From Lama guanicoe (taxonomy: Eukaryota), in contig MU054187.1 of NCBI GenBank assembly GCA_013239625.1, forward strand, positions 20,366,897 through 20,430,896: a stretch of DNA of 64,000 nt. The letters are read 5' to 3'. Shown in pieces: positions 52,700 through 64,000 of this stretch. Below the pieces are notes generated by a model that worked only from the letters and a program-made list of their open reading frames with translations, made no database searches and was not told where the DNA came from. The first letter of the stretch is position 1, and every line of letters begins with the position of its first letter. A program made the translations under genes and the position numbers.

Positions 52700-55320
52700 C
52701 TTTGTAGATCTCTCTACCACGTGATTTTCCAACAGCCTAGACTTCAAGATCTTCTCCCCCTAAGACCTTGCCCCTAACCTGTTTTAGCTACCCATCTCAA
52801 TCTTCTTAGCCCGCGTCAATACATTTAGAACTGCAAACATCCCTGTATCAGAGTAACTGGGCCGCCCTGCACCTCTGTTTCAACACGCTCAACTTTCAGA
52901 TCAGCCGGGTGGAGTCCGAATACTGCGCAGATGGGGAGGAAGCACACGTGGCGAAGCGGCATTTCCCCCAGATGGCGCATGCGCTGAGGGCGGACCCGGA
53001 GCTGAAAGAGCAGGGCAGGCACGTGGTGCTGGTCTCCATCCAGAACTAGGTGCAGAGCAAGGGCAGCTCGCTTCCAAGCCCCGGAGGGGCCTGTCGTGAG
53101 GAAAAGGGCCTGGCTGCTGAGGATAGCGGCGGTGACAGCGAGGACCTCAGCGAGGTCAGCGAGACCGCAGAGAGCACCGATGTCAAGGACAGCTCAGAGG
53201 TGTCTGGCTCAGCCTCCCGGGGCCCGCCTGCGCCCTCCGCCCTGCCCTGGCCTGGCCACTCCGTCCTCCACCCGGAGGGCGTTCACAGTAAACTTCACCT
53301 AGTGGCCTTGGGGAGACAAAAAATCATCCATCGTCTCTGTACCTTCCAGCCCCTCTACTAACCTAACTGCTGCAATTTTTTAACACTCACTAGATTTGCT
53401 AGGGGTACCAACTGCCCCGTGTTTCCAGCTGCTCGCCTCTTTACACACACAAACCCGGTACACATTTTCATTTCCCTGTCTATGCAGGATATGGTCTGTT
53501 GTCCATGACCATAATCATTCCCTGGCAGAGCTCTCCAATCTCCTTGTCCCTCACTTTCCCTGTCCTTTAAATGGCGAAAATACCTACCCTTGTTCAGTTC
53601 AACTCTTGGCCAACTCTGTCCCTATGGATAAGCAGCTTAACACCAGAGAAATACCTCAACTAACGTTAAATACTTCTTAGGAATTCTGTATACTTCCTAT
53701 TCCATTCACTGTCCATCGATCCTCAGTAACCTTTTTACACGCCTCCCTTATTCTCACTATATCATACACTCTTGTCCTGGTTACTTTGGATGAATTCCCC
53801 CTTCTCAAATACAGCCAGGCTCATTCAGTGTCCTAGCTTCCACACATTTAGCTTACCTAAGGATATGGTTCTAATAATTGTTCCAACTCTCTTCAGTAAT
53901 ATATATCTCAGTCCCTATTGTTTCATTTCCATCAGCATAGAACCATGCCATGTAATATCTCTCATAATAAATCCTATGATTACACATCTTATCTATAACT
54001 ACCTACATGTTTCCCAGCACAACTTTGCAGAAAAACTCCTCAGAACGGTTTTCTACTCTTGCTATGTCCTTCTTCCTTCTGCATCATGCTTGAAACCACT
54101 GCAGTTAGATATTCAGAAAACGTATTCTTATTAAAGTCACAGGTGACATCCAGTTTTCCAAGTCCATTAATCATTTCTCAGTCGTCATTTTACGTGACCT
54201 ATCAGAAGCATGTGACAGTTGGACATGGTCTCCTCCATGAAATATTTTACTTCCTTAGCTTCCAAAACGCCATTTTCATTAGTTCTATTGTAATTCAGTG
54301 ACTGCTCTGTTTTATTTACCGTCTCTCTGATGTATTCATGTTAGACTGACACAGGACTCAATCAATACTGCTCTCCCCATCTTTACACATCCTATCATCC
54401 ACAATGATGGCTTGATATACCAACGATGTGTTAACAACTCTCAAACATGTACCTCTAGCCAGATATTTATCCTGAAATTCAGAAACATCTATACAACTCC
54501 TTCCCTATCATATCTTATGTGTTTAACTTTTAAACTTAATATCTCCAAAATCAAGTTTTCTCCACCAAAACCTGCTCTTCTCCCCATCTCTTCAATCTCA
54601 GTAAAATCTCTTTATTCAGGCTCAAAAGCCTGAGAGTCATTCTTTAGTTGTTTCTTTTTTTTCCAAACAACATGAAAAAATTAGTAAATTGTGCCAAATT
54701 TATCTTCAAAATATCATGAGGATCTAATCACTCTTCATAATGTGCATTTCTACCGCTCTATTCTGAGACATTATCATCTAATAACATAATTATTCTGGTA
54801 GTTTCTTGACTAGTCTTTCTGCTCCCATTCTTATCCTTGTAGTCTATTCCTTTGTGCCAGCCAAGGTCCAAGGTGATCGTCTTAATATTTAAATTAGATC
54901 ATATAGTGCTTGTGCTCTGGTTACTTAAATGGATTCCCATGTTAATAGAGGAAAAGGCAAAATCAATATAAAGGATTAGAAAGCCTACAGAATCTGATTT
55001 CGTCCTCCACTCTGACCTCCCTATCTGTCAACTCACTCTGCCTTTCTCTTCTCCAGCTACATTCATCTGCTTACGTTTCTTTAACATTCCAAGCATATTC
55101 TGTGTCCTTGCATTTGAACTTATTCCTTTACTCTTTCCAGAATATGATTTTTATGGATATGTGCATCTCTTGTTCTCTCAACTATTTTAACTGTCTCTGG
55201 GTATGTAATACATATGCATGCATATAAATGTTTTACTGACTACGTACTCACCAGAATGTAGGACAGCTTTCATAATTCCTGGCATATAACACTTAATAAA
55301 ATAAATATATGTTGAATAGA
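52700..55320 (+). mobile_element. long L2 remnant, interrupted by the NAA10 retrocopy
   Basis: C/T-rich L2 motifs (AAACTTAATATCTCCAAAATC; TCTTCAAAATATC; CTCCAGCTACATT), ending in CCTGGCATATAAC...AAATATATGTTGAATAGAT. Confidence 0.7.
52850..53323 (+). pseudogene. NAA10: 5'-truncated processed pseudogene of N-alpha-acetyltransferase 10 (codons ~114-235 plus 3'UTR and A-tail remnant)
   Basis: From 52852 the frame reads [121 protein letters not shown]. This is colinear without indels with recalled human NAA10 S114-S235, and the tail is NAA10-like rather than NAA11-like. There are no introns. An in-frame TAG lies at 53047-53049 (K179), the native stop is replaced by CGG (53218-53220), AGTAAA lies at 53287-53292 and an A-run at 53318-53323. 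Weak TSD: 52835-52849 versus 53321-53337. Confidence 0.93.
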
Positions 55321-55949
55321 TAAATTAGAATTTTAATTCTGACACCCCTCCTTTGGCCTCTGGTATTTGTGTTTGGTGTTCCTGATACTTTAAGTCATTT
55401 TTTCCCTAATGGGCTCTGGCTTGGCTACCTTTATAGAAGACCTGTAATATCTTGAGGAAAAATCCACCCTCTAGCACAACTGTGCAGAACTCTATCCTGA
55501 ATCAAGTCTCAGGTCCAGTGGATCCTATGTCCTTTAAAGATGGAGTTAGTTTAAAACACAGTCATATCTTCCCTCTACTCAGGCTCAGATGGTGATATCA
55601 CCATGTTAATGGGAGGTGACTTATTTTTGTTTCAGAAACAGTCCTTTTAACTATCACTCCACCAAGCACCTATTCACATCCATTTCTCTATGTGGACTTG
55701 ATTTTAATGTTTGTGGATGTCAAGATCTGCTAAATTGTCTGAAACCTGGTCTAGATATTTAGGTGAACGTCATGAAAAAACATCAATTATTTCTGAATGA
55801 ACTCATTGCTGTAAAAGAAGTTAATTGCAAATTTAAGTTAGCATTTTCTTACCTTTGATTTTTGTTCTAATAACATTTATGAAAATTTAATAAAACGTTT
55901 CAACAAAATGCCATTTTTCTTTTGTAAAAAATAATTCCATCTTTAAAAA

Positions 55950-56275
55950 GTGATACACAGATTGAACACAATCCCTATAAAACTTATAATGATTTTTTTT
56001 TTCAGAAATAGAACAAACAAACCTAAAACTTTTATGGACTCATAAAAAAATTCTAGTTACCAAGGTGATCCTGAGAAAGAAGAACGAATATAGAGACATC
56101 ATACTTCTTGATTTCAAATTATATTGCAAAGCGATGGTAATCAAAACAGTATGGTACTGACATAGATGCAGACACATAGACCAATGGAACAGAATAGAAA
56201 GCCCAGAAATAAACCAAAACATATAGTCTCTTAATTTTCAATAAAAGTTGCAAGAATATCCAACAGGGAAAGGAT
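55950..56275 (+). mobile_element. L1 ORF2 internal fragment
   Basis: Encodes the L1 ORF2-like motif DFKLYCKAMVIKTVWY*HRCRHIDQWNRIESPEIN, with a stop. Confidence 0.85.
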
Positions 56276-57878
56276 GAAGGGTAGTCTCACCGATGATTTT
56301 ATAAAGACATTTCTCCTAGTTTCCCTGCTGTTATCTGTTCTTTCCCACAAGTTCTTTCCACCCTTTCCTTACTTCCTGCACATCACATGTAGTGTACATT
56401 TTCTATAATAAAATCACCAACTCAAAAGTTTTTCAAAGGTGTTCTTTATTTTCATTATGCGTAAGATAATAATCTTTAAATTATTTAATTGACATGAAAA
56501 CATGTTGATGACCTGGCCTCTTACTATATCTCCTTTACCTCTCACAACTCCAGATTCTTAGCTTGATTACTCTTTTAGTCAAATTGAAATACTTGAGTTG
56601 CCAGAAATTTTCTGCAATTACATTTTTTTTTTTTGCTTGTTTGCACAAAATCTGCTCTATCTTAAAATTGCCTTTCTCAATCCACCATCTTTTATCACAG
56701 TGAAGTCCTGTTTGTATTTTAAGCCTCAGGCCATAAGCTTTATACTTTGGAATTCTTTACTTTCTCTCTCATGCAAACTTAGGCGTCTCCTACTTCACAT
56801 CCTATGAAGCATGACTAGTTGAGATGTTATTTCACTTTTGAATTCTCAACACCTAGACAAATCATATTTACAAAACCATTTGTTAAATACTGATGATACA
56901 AATAAAAATATTCTCATGTATTATGTTTCATCAGAATCTTGTAAATTATTTCTCTTCCCACTTCTTAGAATTAGGACCTGAATAAAATTTAAAATGACTT
57001 GATTATGACCTTAATTTGACCTAGGTCAATATATCATCTAGTGTGCAGTATTTATATTTTTTAGCATATTTTATTTACTGATAGTTATAGGAAGACAAAA
57101 TTACATATTTTACTTCCTCTTGCTTTTAAATATGAATTTTAGAAACAGCAAAGGAAATTCAAATAATACTTGTCATGACTCAATGAATATGTAAATGTAA
57201 AAAATACTACGAAAAAATGTTTAATTAGGAAAATGCAATCAGTCTTCACGTACCAAAAGTAATTAGCATAGCAGGCTGCTATTCAATTGTTGATTAAAAG
57301 TATATATTAATATATTTATAATAATTATTTTGCTACTATGTTACACTGTGCAATAAAACCAGAGGAGATATTTTTTGAATTTTAAAGACTCTTTTGTGTA
57401 GTAAAGGCAAACACTTAGCATTCAAAGAGGTCTAGTTAGTGCAAATCAATGAGATAGTGGCAAAACAGAACAAATTTATTGGCTTATTGAATAACTTTTC
57501 AGTGCACTAAATGTCAAATATAAACATTTCTGGATAAATATGACATCTTAACAGTAGCTGCTCTCAAACTGGCACAAAAATACCTACAAAAATAGAGGAA
57601 ACATAAAATTAATAAATATAAAGGATAAAGGTTCTAGAATTCTAAAGGAGGCAGCAGACATAGATTTCTATTAATCATAAAAATTGTAAAATTATTTATA
57701 CTATATTAAAATGGAATAGCACACCTAGATGGTTTTTACACTATCAAAGAAAATTCTATGAAAAAGAGTGGCAAAGCTGTCTTGTACATTTCTAAGTCTC
57801 TGACCTCTACTTGAAGACAGTCATTCCTAGAAACTAAAAATATTGGTATGCACAAGTTTTCCATGTGAGTAATGCTTT

Positions 57879-58002
57879 AATTGTTGCCAGAGCACTTTTC
57901 CCAGTGTCTTTCTACATTGACACAGAAATACTATTAGAAAGAAGACAGACACAGAGATGCCTTGCTACAGAGGTTTGAGAGAAGGAAGAATTAAATTTTC
58001 TA

Positions 58003-58067
<65 letters not shown>

Positions 58068-58212
58068 GAATTGTTGCCAGAGCACTTTTCCCAGTGTCTT
58101 TCTACATTGACACAGAAATACTATTAGAAAGAAGACAGACACAGAGGTGCCTTGCTACAGAGGTTTGAAAGAAGGAAGAATTAAATTTTCTTCTATATAT
58201 ATATATATAGAA
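57879..58212. repeat. tandem duplication, 190-bp offset, each copy ending in a TA microsatellite
   Basis: 57881-58001 equals 58071-58191 with 2 substitutions. Confidence 0.95.
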
Positions 58213-58611
58213 ACATAATGGAATAAATAAAATTTGGGGTTCAGGATTTAAACCTGAAAAAAAATATATAGTAGCAATGTTTGCTGGGTACCAGAAGAAT
58301 GAGGAGAAAAAAAGAAACTGAGAAGGGTAAAGGCATCTGAAACTCAGAAATGAGCTGATTTCCGTTCACAACAACCTGTATCTATAGATTTGAGAAATTT
58401 ATTTCACCCCACATTGGCCCAAGCCTGATGCACATGGTTACGCATATGTTTACGCAGAAAAACATGTCAACTGGCTAAGAGTTAAATGAAGGGATATTTA
58501 AATGAAAAATAGTGCTGTATACAACAACTTGCATTCTATGGAATACCCAGTAGGGCAAGGAAAGAACAGAAACTTAAGGACTCAGAAACTCTGAAAGTTA
58601 TATTTTACTCC

Positions 58612-58698
58612 TTGAGGGGGAGGTAATTAGGTTCATTTATTTATTTATTTTAACGGAAGTACTGGGGTTTGAACCCAAGACCTCGTCCATGCAAAACA
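58612..58698 (-). mobile_element. partial tRNA-derived SINE (A-box head and tail missing)
   Basis: GGGGGAGGTAATTAGGTT...GTACTGGGGTTTGAACCCAAGACCTC matches the body and B-box of the other copies. Confidence 0.82.
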
Positions 58699-60329
58699 CT
58701 TCCCCTAAAAATTAAATTGAAAAAACATCCATCTTAAGGATGCAAAGGAAAATGATATGAACTCATGCGGTACCTCAGCAGAACTCTGAAGACCCTTCTC
58801 CTTATAAAAAGGAGCAGAATGCTATGAGACAATAACTTGCAATGAAAATACTCAGAATAGTATAACCAAGAATAAGGAAAAATACATAAGATTTTCAAAG
58901 AAAAACCCCTCAAAATAGCTAAATTAAAATACACTAGAGGCAGTAAAGAAGAAAGCAGGCAATATTAACAAACTTGGGTAAATAGCCTAAAAAGTAGTGA
59001 AAAATGATAAGAAATAAAAGCATTGAGGAAGAAGTTTGTGTATATATAGAGGCAGAGAATAGAGCTAAATTGGTGTCCACTAGATTATCCTTTAAAAACA
59101 GGCTGTAAATCACTAAACTAAGTAATTGCCAGAAAAGATGAATGTTTAAAAAAAAAAAAGAGGAAGAGATCAGTGAGGAGGAAACAAATCAGAAAATATC
59201 TGAAGTTAAAGGACAGGGAAAATCCTGAGGACAAAGAAGATCCCAAATCTAGAACATTTACATGTCTGGAGTGACAGTAAGCTCACAAGCATTCAGTTTA
59301 AAACGTTCTGAATTTAAACAATCTACAAATTCAAAACCTGTCAAATATTATAGAGAACAATTCACAAACAATGAAAGTCTTATTTATAACTCTGAAGGAA
59401 AGGAATGTTCTGAGTAGCTTTTGGTATCAAGGCCACATAACTCTAGAGAAATAATAAAGTCTGGTGATTATTTCGTAGAAGACACACAAAAAAATACATA
59501 TGAAAAAGTGATGGGAGCAGACTCTGTGGAAAAAAAATTTGAAGTGTTAAGTGACAGTGAACAGAGGAGAGAGAAAATGATAAAGAGATTAAAGCTCCAG
59601 CCTGGATTTGCCTGTGACTCTATCGGCCTTAACCACCCAGGCGCAGTGCCCGCCTGCAGCACATCTGCAGCAAGGAACCCTGAGGACATGAGTGCACCTG
59701 CTGAATGTCCACCCGCCAGCGTAACTCTGTACCTGTCCAGGGCATTCATCCTGTAATACAGTAACCAACTAGTGCAACACATACTATTCCTATCCATTTT
59801 ACTATGCAAAATTTAAAAAAAAAATAGAACATTGAGTTATCAGCAAAAATCACAATCACATAATCAGATGAATTAATTTTCAGATAATTTCAGTATCAAA
59901 TGTTACTTATGCTTGTGATTTTAGTAATCTCATTTTTCTTTAGCAAGTCTCAATATCTCACACTATTAAGAGGGGGTATAAATAGCTACTTTGTACTGTC
60001 ATGTGTATGTCAGAACCAAATAAAAATATTCAAATAATATAAATGTATTTCAAATATAAAACTTCCAAAATCTTGATGAAATATACATGATCATAGTTTG
60101 AATTATCTAATTTATTCAAATATATTTAGATGAAGTGAGCTAGCTACATGTATACCCAGGGTGCAGATGTAAGATGTGACACTTTTAGAGCTGAAAAGGT
60201 TTAAAACAATGCAAGAAACATGGCCATAATCACTTTGACTCTGGGCATCCTCAAAGAGCAGATGAATGAAGTCAGGTTGTTTTGTGTGGACAAAGGTTTG
60301 AAAGAGAAAAAATACATTCATGTACTTAA

Positions 60330-60925
60330 GATATTTATTAAATATAAATGTTAAGGTGGCAACTTTACAGTTGAGTAACCCAGCAGACACCAATTTATCC
60401 ATGTAATCAATAAAATATCTTCAGTAACAAGACATACAGGCATTATGAACTCGAAGCTATGATATACTAAGGGCACAATATCATTTTTGGTGGTATTCTT
60501 GCTTAAAATACATAGCCTTACTCCAATCATAGAAAAATATCAGACAAATTCAAGTTGAGGACATTTAAAAATAACTGATCAGTACTCTTCCTGGGTTTCA
60601 GGATCATAATAAGCAAGCAAGTCTGCAGAAATAGTATGGTCTGGAAGAGATTAAGGAGAAATTATAATGAAATGCAATGTGAGATCCTCAGTAGGATCCT
60701 AGAACAGAAAAATAACATTAGTAGGAAAAATAGTGAAATTAGAATGAGGTATACAGTTTAGTCAATAATACTGCACCAATATTTATTTCTTGTTCTTGAT
60801 AATTATATACTCATTAAAAAACTCATTTCTATTAGGGGAAGATGATGAAAATTATACAGAAATTATATCTATTATTTATGCAACTTTTCTTTAAATCTAA
60901 AATTAGTTCAAACTTAAATGTTTTG
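60330..60925 (+). mobile_element. L1MC4/L1ME-type 3' end
   Basis: CAGACAAATTCAAGTTGAGGACATT...AATGCAATGTGAGATCCT...GGATCCTAGAACAGAAAA...TAAATCTAAAATTAGTTCAAA. Confidence 0.75.
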
Positions 60926-61761
60926 GAAGAAATATCTTATTTTCATACATACATTAGTATTTCTAAAATAGGCTGTGATATTTGGGACCTACAAGATACT
61001 ACTTTCCCTACATTTGCTTCTGTTTGCTTCCATATTTCATATTGATTCTTTTCTAATTCTAATGTCATCACAGTTCATTACTTTCAATAACTCTTTTCTG
61101 TATAGGAGAATTATTGCATTTATAAAATAATCTACTTTAGACTCATTTATACATATCAACATTTTCACATTAAAATTCCATATCTCTTAATGAAATAAAC
61201 TACTAAAACATCAATTATATATTAAAATAAGAAAAATACAAACTTCAGAAAGTATTTTTGTAAAAGATTTAATTCCCAAATAACCAATTAATTTAGCAAT
61301 CTCAACTGTGGCTTTATAACCTAACTTTAATTAGTTTTGACATGGAGATCTGGGCATTCTTGAGATCTGAGAACTGTACATGATATAATTTTGCAGAAGA
61401 TGTCAATGAGAATACCTAAGTAAAAAGTTTTAATTATGATGATTTAAATTACCTTTTTTGTCTCAATTAAAATACGCATGTTGAGTGTATCTTATGAGAA
61501 TTATAAGTGTTGCACTATTTTTTATGCTTAAGTACATTTAAGATTTAAATAAATTCATTTTCTACAAACATATTTACAATAGATTTTTCCTGATACAAAT
61601 ACTAAACTATATTTAAAAATATATGTGCTGAGATAGTGAACAGATCAAAACATTATTATATTGTGTTTATGTTCATAAAAACATGTTTCATTCATGTTCA
61701 CAAACACCTTCATGTGCACCATTGACATTAAGAACGAGAAAGTGTCTAGAAAAGAGTCTTG

Positions 61762-63068
61762 CATAAAATGCAAACCTATACAACTTCTAGAAGATAACAT
61801 AGAAGAAAAGTTAAATAATCTTGGGAATGACAATGACTTTAGATACAGCACCAAAGGCATGATCTATTGAAGAAATAGTGGATTATCTGGACTTCATTAA
61901 CTTAAAAAGTTCTGCCCCCTGAAATACAATGTCAAGAGAATGAGAAGACCAGCCACAGACTTGGAGAAAATACTTGGAAAAGATACATCTGATAAAGGAC
62001 TAGTCTTCAAAATATAAAAACAACGGTTAAAACTCGAGAATGAGAAGACAAACAACCCTATTATAAAATGGGCCAAACCTGTTGGTACCTCAGGAGAAAA
62101 GCTATACAGATGAAAAGTAAGCAAATAAAAAGATACTCCACATCATTTATCATCAGGGAAATGCAAATTAGAACAATAACAAGATGCCATTACACACCTA
62201 TTAGGGCCAGGATCCAGAACACTGATAACACCAAATGTTGGTGAGGATGTGGGCATGGGAACTCTCATTCATTCCTGGTGGGAATGCAGCAATGGTAGAG
62301 ATACTTTGGAAGATGGTTTGGTGTTTTTTCATGAAAGTATATATATTCTTACCATGCGATCCAGCAGTTGCTCTCCTTGGTATTTACTCAAAGAAGCTGA
62401 AAATTTAGGTCCACATAAAAACCTGCACAGAAGTGTTTATTCATGTAGCTTTAATTCGTATTTGCCAAAACTTGGAAGCAACCAAGACGTCCTTCAGTAG
62501 GTGAACAGATGAATAAGCAGAGGTACCTACAGACAATAGAATAGAAATAGAACTTGATGCTGAAAAGAGGTAAGCTGATTAGCTATCAGGCTGTGAGAAA
62601 ACATGGTGAAAACTTAAATGCACATCAGTGAGAAAAGGAGCCAATCTGCAAACGCCACACACTGTGAGATGCCAGCTCTACGGAGCTCTGGAAAAGGAAC
62701 GATGGAGGTAGTGAATGAATAGTGGTTGCGGGGGGTTGTGGAGGGGTGGGGATAAAAGGGCAGAGGATTCTTAGGGAAGTCAGAATACTCTATATGATAC
62801 CATAATGCTTGATGCATCTCATTAGACAGTTTTCCAAGTCCACAGAATGTACAACACCAAGAGTGAACTGTAATGTAAACGATGGACCTTGGGCGATCCA
62901 GATGTGTCCGTGTAGATTCATCAGTTGTAACTAATATACCACTCTGGTGGGGTGTTGCTTATGGGGGAGGCAGCGCACGGGTCGGGGCAAGGAATATACG
63001 GGAAATCTCTAAGTTCCTGTCAATTTTGCTGGGAACCTAAAACTGCTCTAAAAAAAAGTCTTATTAAA
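61762..63068 (+). mobile_element. L1MC-like element: end of ORF2 plus 3'UTR
   Basis: Degenerate ORF2 C-terminal sequence (CATCAGGGAAATGCAAATTA...GGTGAGGATGTGG) and L1MC-type 3' end (AATGTACAACACCAAGAGTGAAC...AACCTAAAACTGCTCTAAAA). AGAGTCTTG occurs on both flanks as a possible TSD. Confidence 0.85.
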
Positions 63069-63293
63069 TAGGCAGAGTCTTGTGTCTTAATAAATGTAAA
63101 CTCTTAGCTATACTATTTAAATATCTCCTAAGTGCACGTATAAAATGACAAAGCCTTTTATAAAAGATTTACATTTAGTCTTTTGAAATTTAATATTACA
63201 TTTACAGATTGGTGTTCACCAAGAATTACAAAAGCAGAAAATATTAAAACCCTTTTCAGAATATCTGAAATGAGTTCACATATCATTTTGTTT

Positions 63294-63448
63294 TGGGTTT
63301 TTTGGTTTTTGGCTAGTTTTTTTTTGGAGGGGGAGGTATTCAGGCTTATTTACTTATTTATGTTTTTAATGGAGGTACTGGGGATTGAACCCAGGACCTC
63401 ATGCATGCTACGCACGCACTGTACCACTGAGCTATATACCCTCCCCGC
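63294..63448 (-). mobile_element. tRNA-derived SINE (camelid Vic-1 type), full length
   Basis: Reverse complement has TATAGCTCAGTGGTAC and GGGTTCAATCCCCAGTACCTCC, with a T-rich tail on +. 15-bp TSD CATATCATTTTGTTT (63279-63293) / CATATCATTCTGTTT (63449-63463). Confidence 0.92.
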
Positions 63449-64000
63449 CATATCATTCTGTTTCAATTTTTTGAATTTCAATTTACATTAGAAATTCAAG
63501 AACTGAGTGCATTAAGATCATTTAATGCATTTTAATCACTACAGGATTAATCAGAATCAATAGGTGAGTAGTGATTGAGGCTTACTACTTATTGCAAGCT
63601 TTAAATAGTATGGTAGCAACAGATCTTTCCCTGAACTTTTAGATAATTAGATGAATCAGACTGACTGCTAGGAAGAATTCTATGTTCCATAATTTCTTAG
63701 TAAAATAATGTATTCAAAGTTCAGCGTAAATCAGTGCTTTACACAATAAATGTTGTATGGTGGATTTTAATATTTAAATGTTTGTATTCATTTTTAAGCT
63801 TGATCTCTCATGCCAAGACTTACCACTGACATCTTATATTCTCTGGTAATGTTTAAATGACATAGATTTTAATAATTTACATTGTAACTATTTCCAGATT
63901 CTTTTGTGTTGTGATGTCAGCTCCATTTCCTTTTCTTATTCAAAATAGTTTAATTGGCGTGGAATTACTGGAGATTTGGACTATTTTCTCCCAGAAAAGT

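Noticed and set aside
52850..53323. NAA11 functional retrogene
   Set aside because: It is 5'-truncated, has an internal stop, and its C-terminal tail matches NAA10 rather than NAA11.
53050..53361. 103-aa ORF as a functional gene
   Set aside because: It has a GTG start directly after a nonsense codon. It is the pseudogene tail reading through a lost stop into UTR and L2 sequence.
59421..59809. Overlapping antiparallel ORFs of 111 and 113 aa
   Set aside because: No recognisable homology or splice structure; lengths are compatible with chance.
1..64000. A novel multi-gene system or prokaryotic-type elements
   Set aside because: The window is mammalian repeat-rich non-coding DNA with no intact genes, operons or arrays visible.

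Overview
AT-rich, repeat-dense mammalian intergenic or intronic DNA with three N-gaps. It is very likely camelid, because it carries tRNA-derived SINEs of the camelid Vic-1 type. No intact protein-coding gene, RNA gene or CRISPR array is supportable. The ORF track consists of chance ORFs, microsatellite translations, N-gap artefacts and retroelement remnants. The only recognisable gene-derived sequence is a 5'-truncated, intronless NAA10 processed pseudogene (~52.85-53.32 kb) inside an old L2. The rest is layered L1, L2, MIR, MaLR/ERVL and hAT fossils plus microsatellites. The most unusual structures are: a young L1 3' fragment flanked by a 222-bp near-perfect direct repeat (apparent giant target-site duplication); a sister L1 fragment that ends ~90 nt early yet has an A-run and a perfect TSD; the CpG-rich, unevenly diverged NAA10 retrocopy; and a recent tandem duplication whose two copies carry different microsatellite states. 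I found no evidence of a new multi-gene system. Repeat subfamily names and the human NAA10 comparison come from memory of consensus sequences, not a database search, and old-repeat boundaries are approximate.
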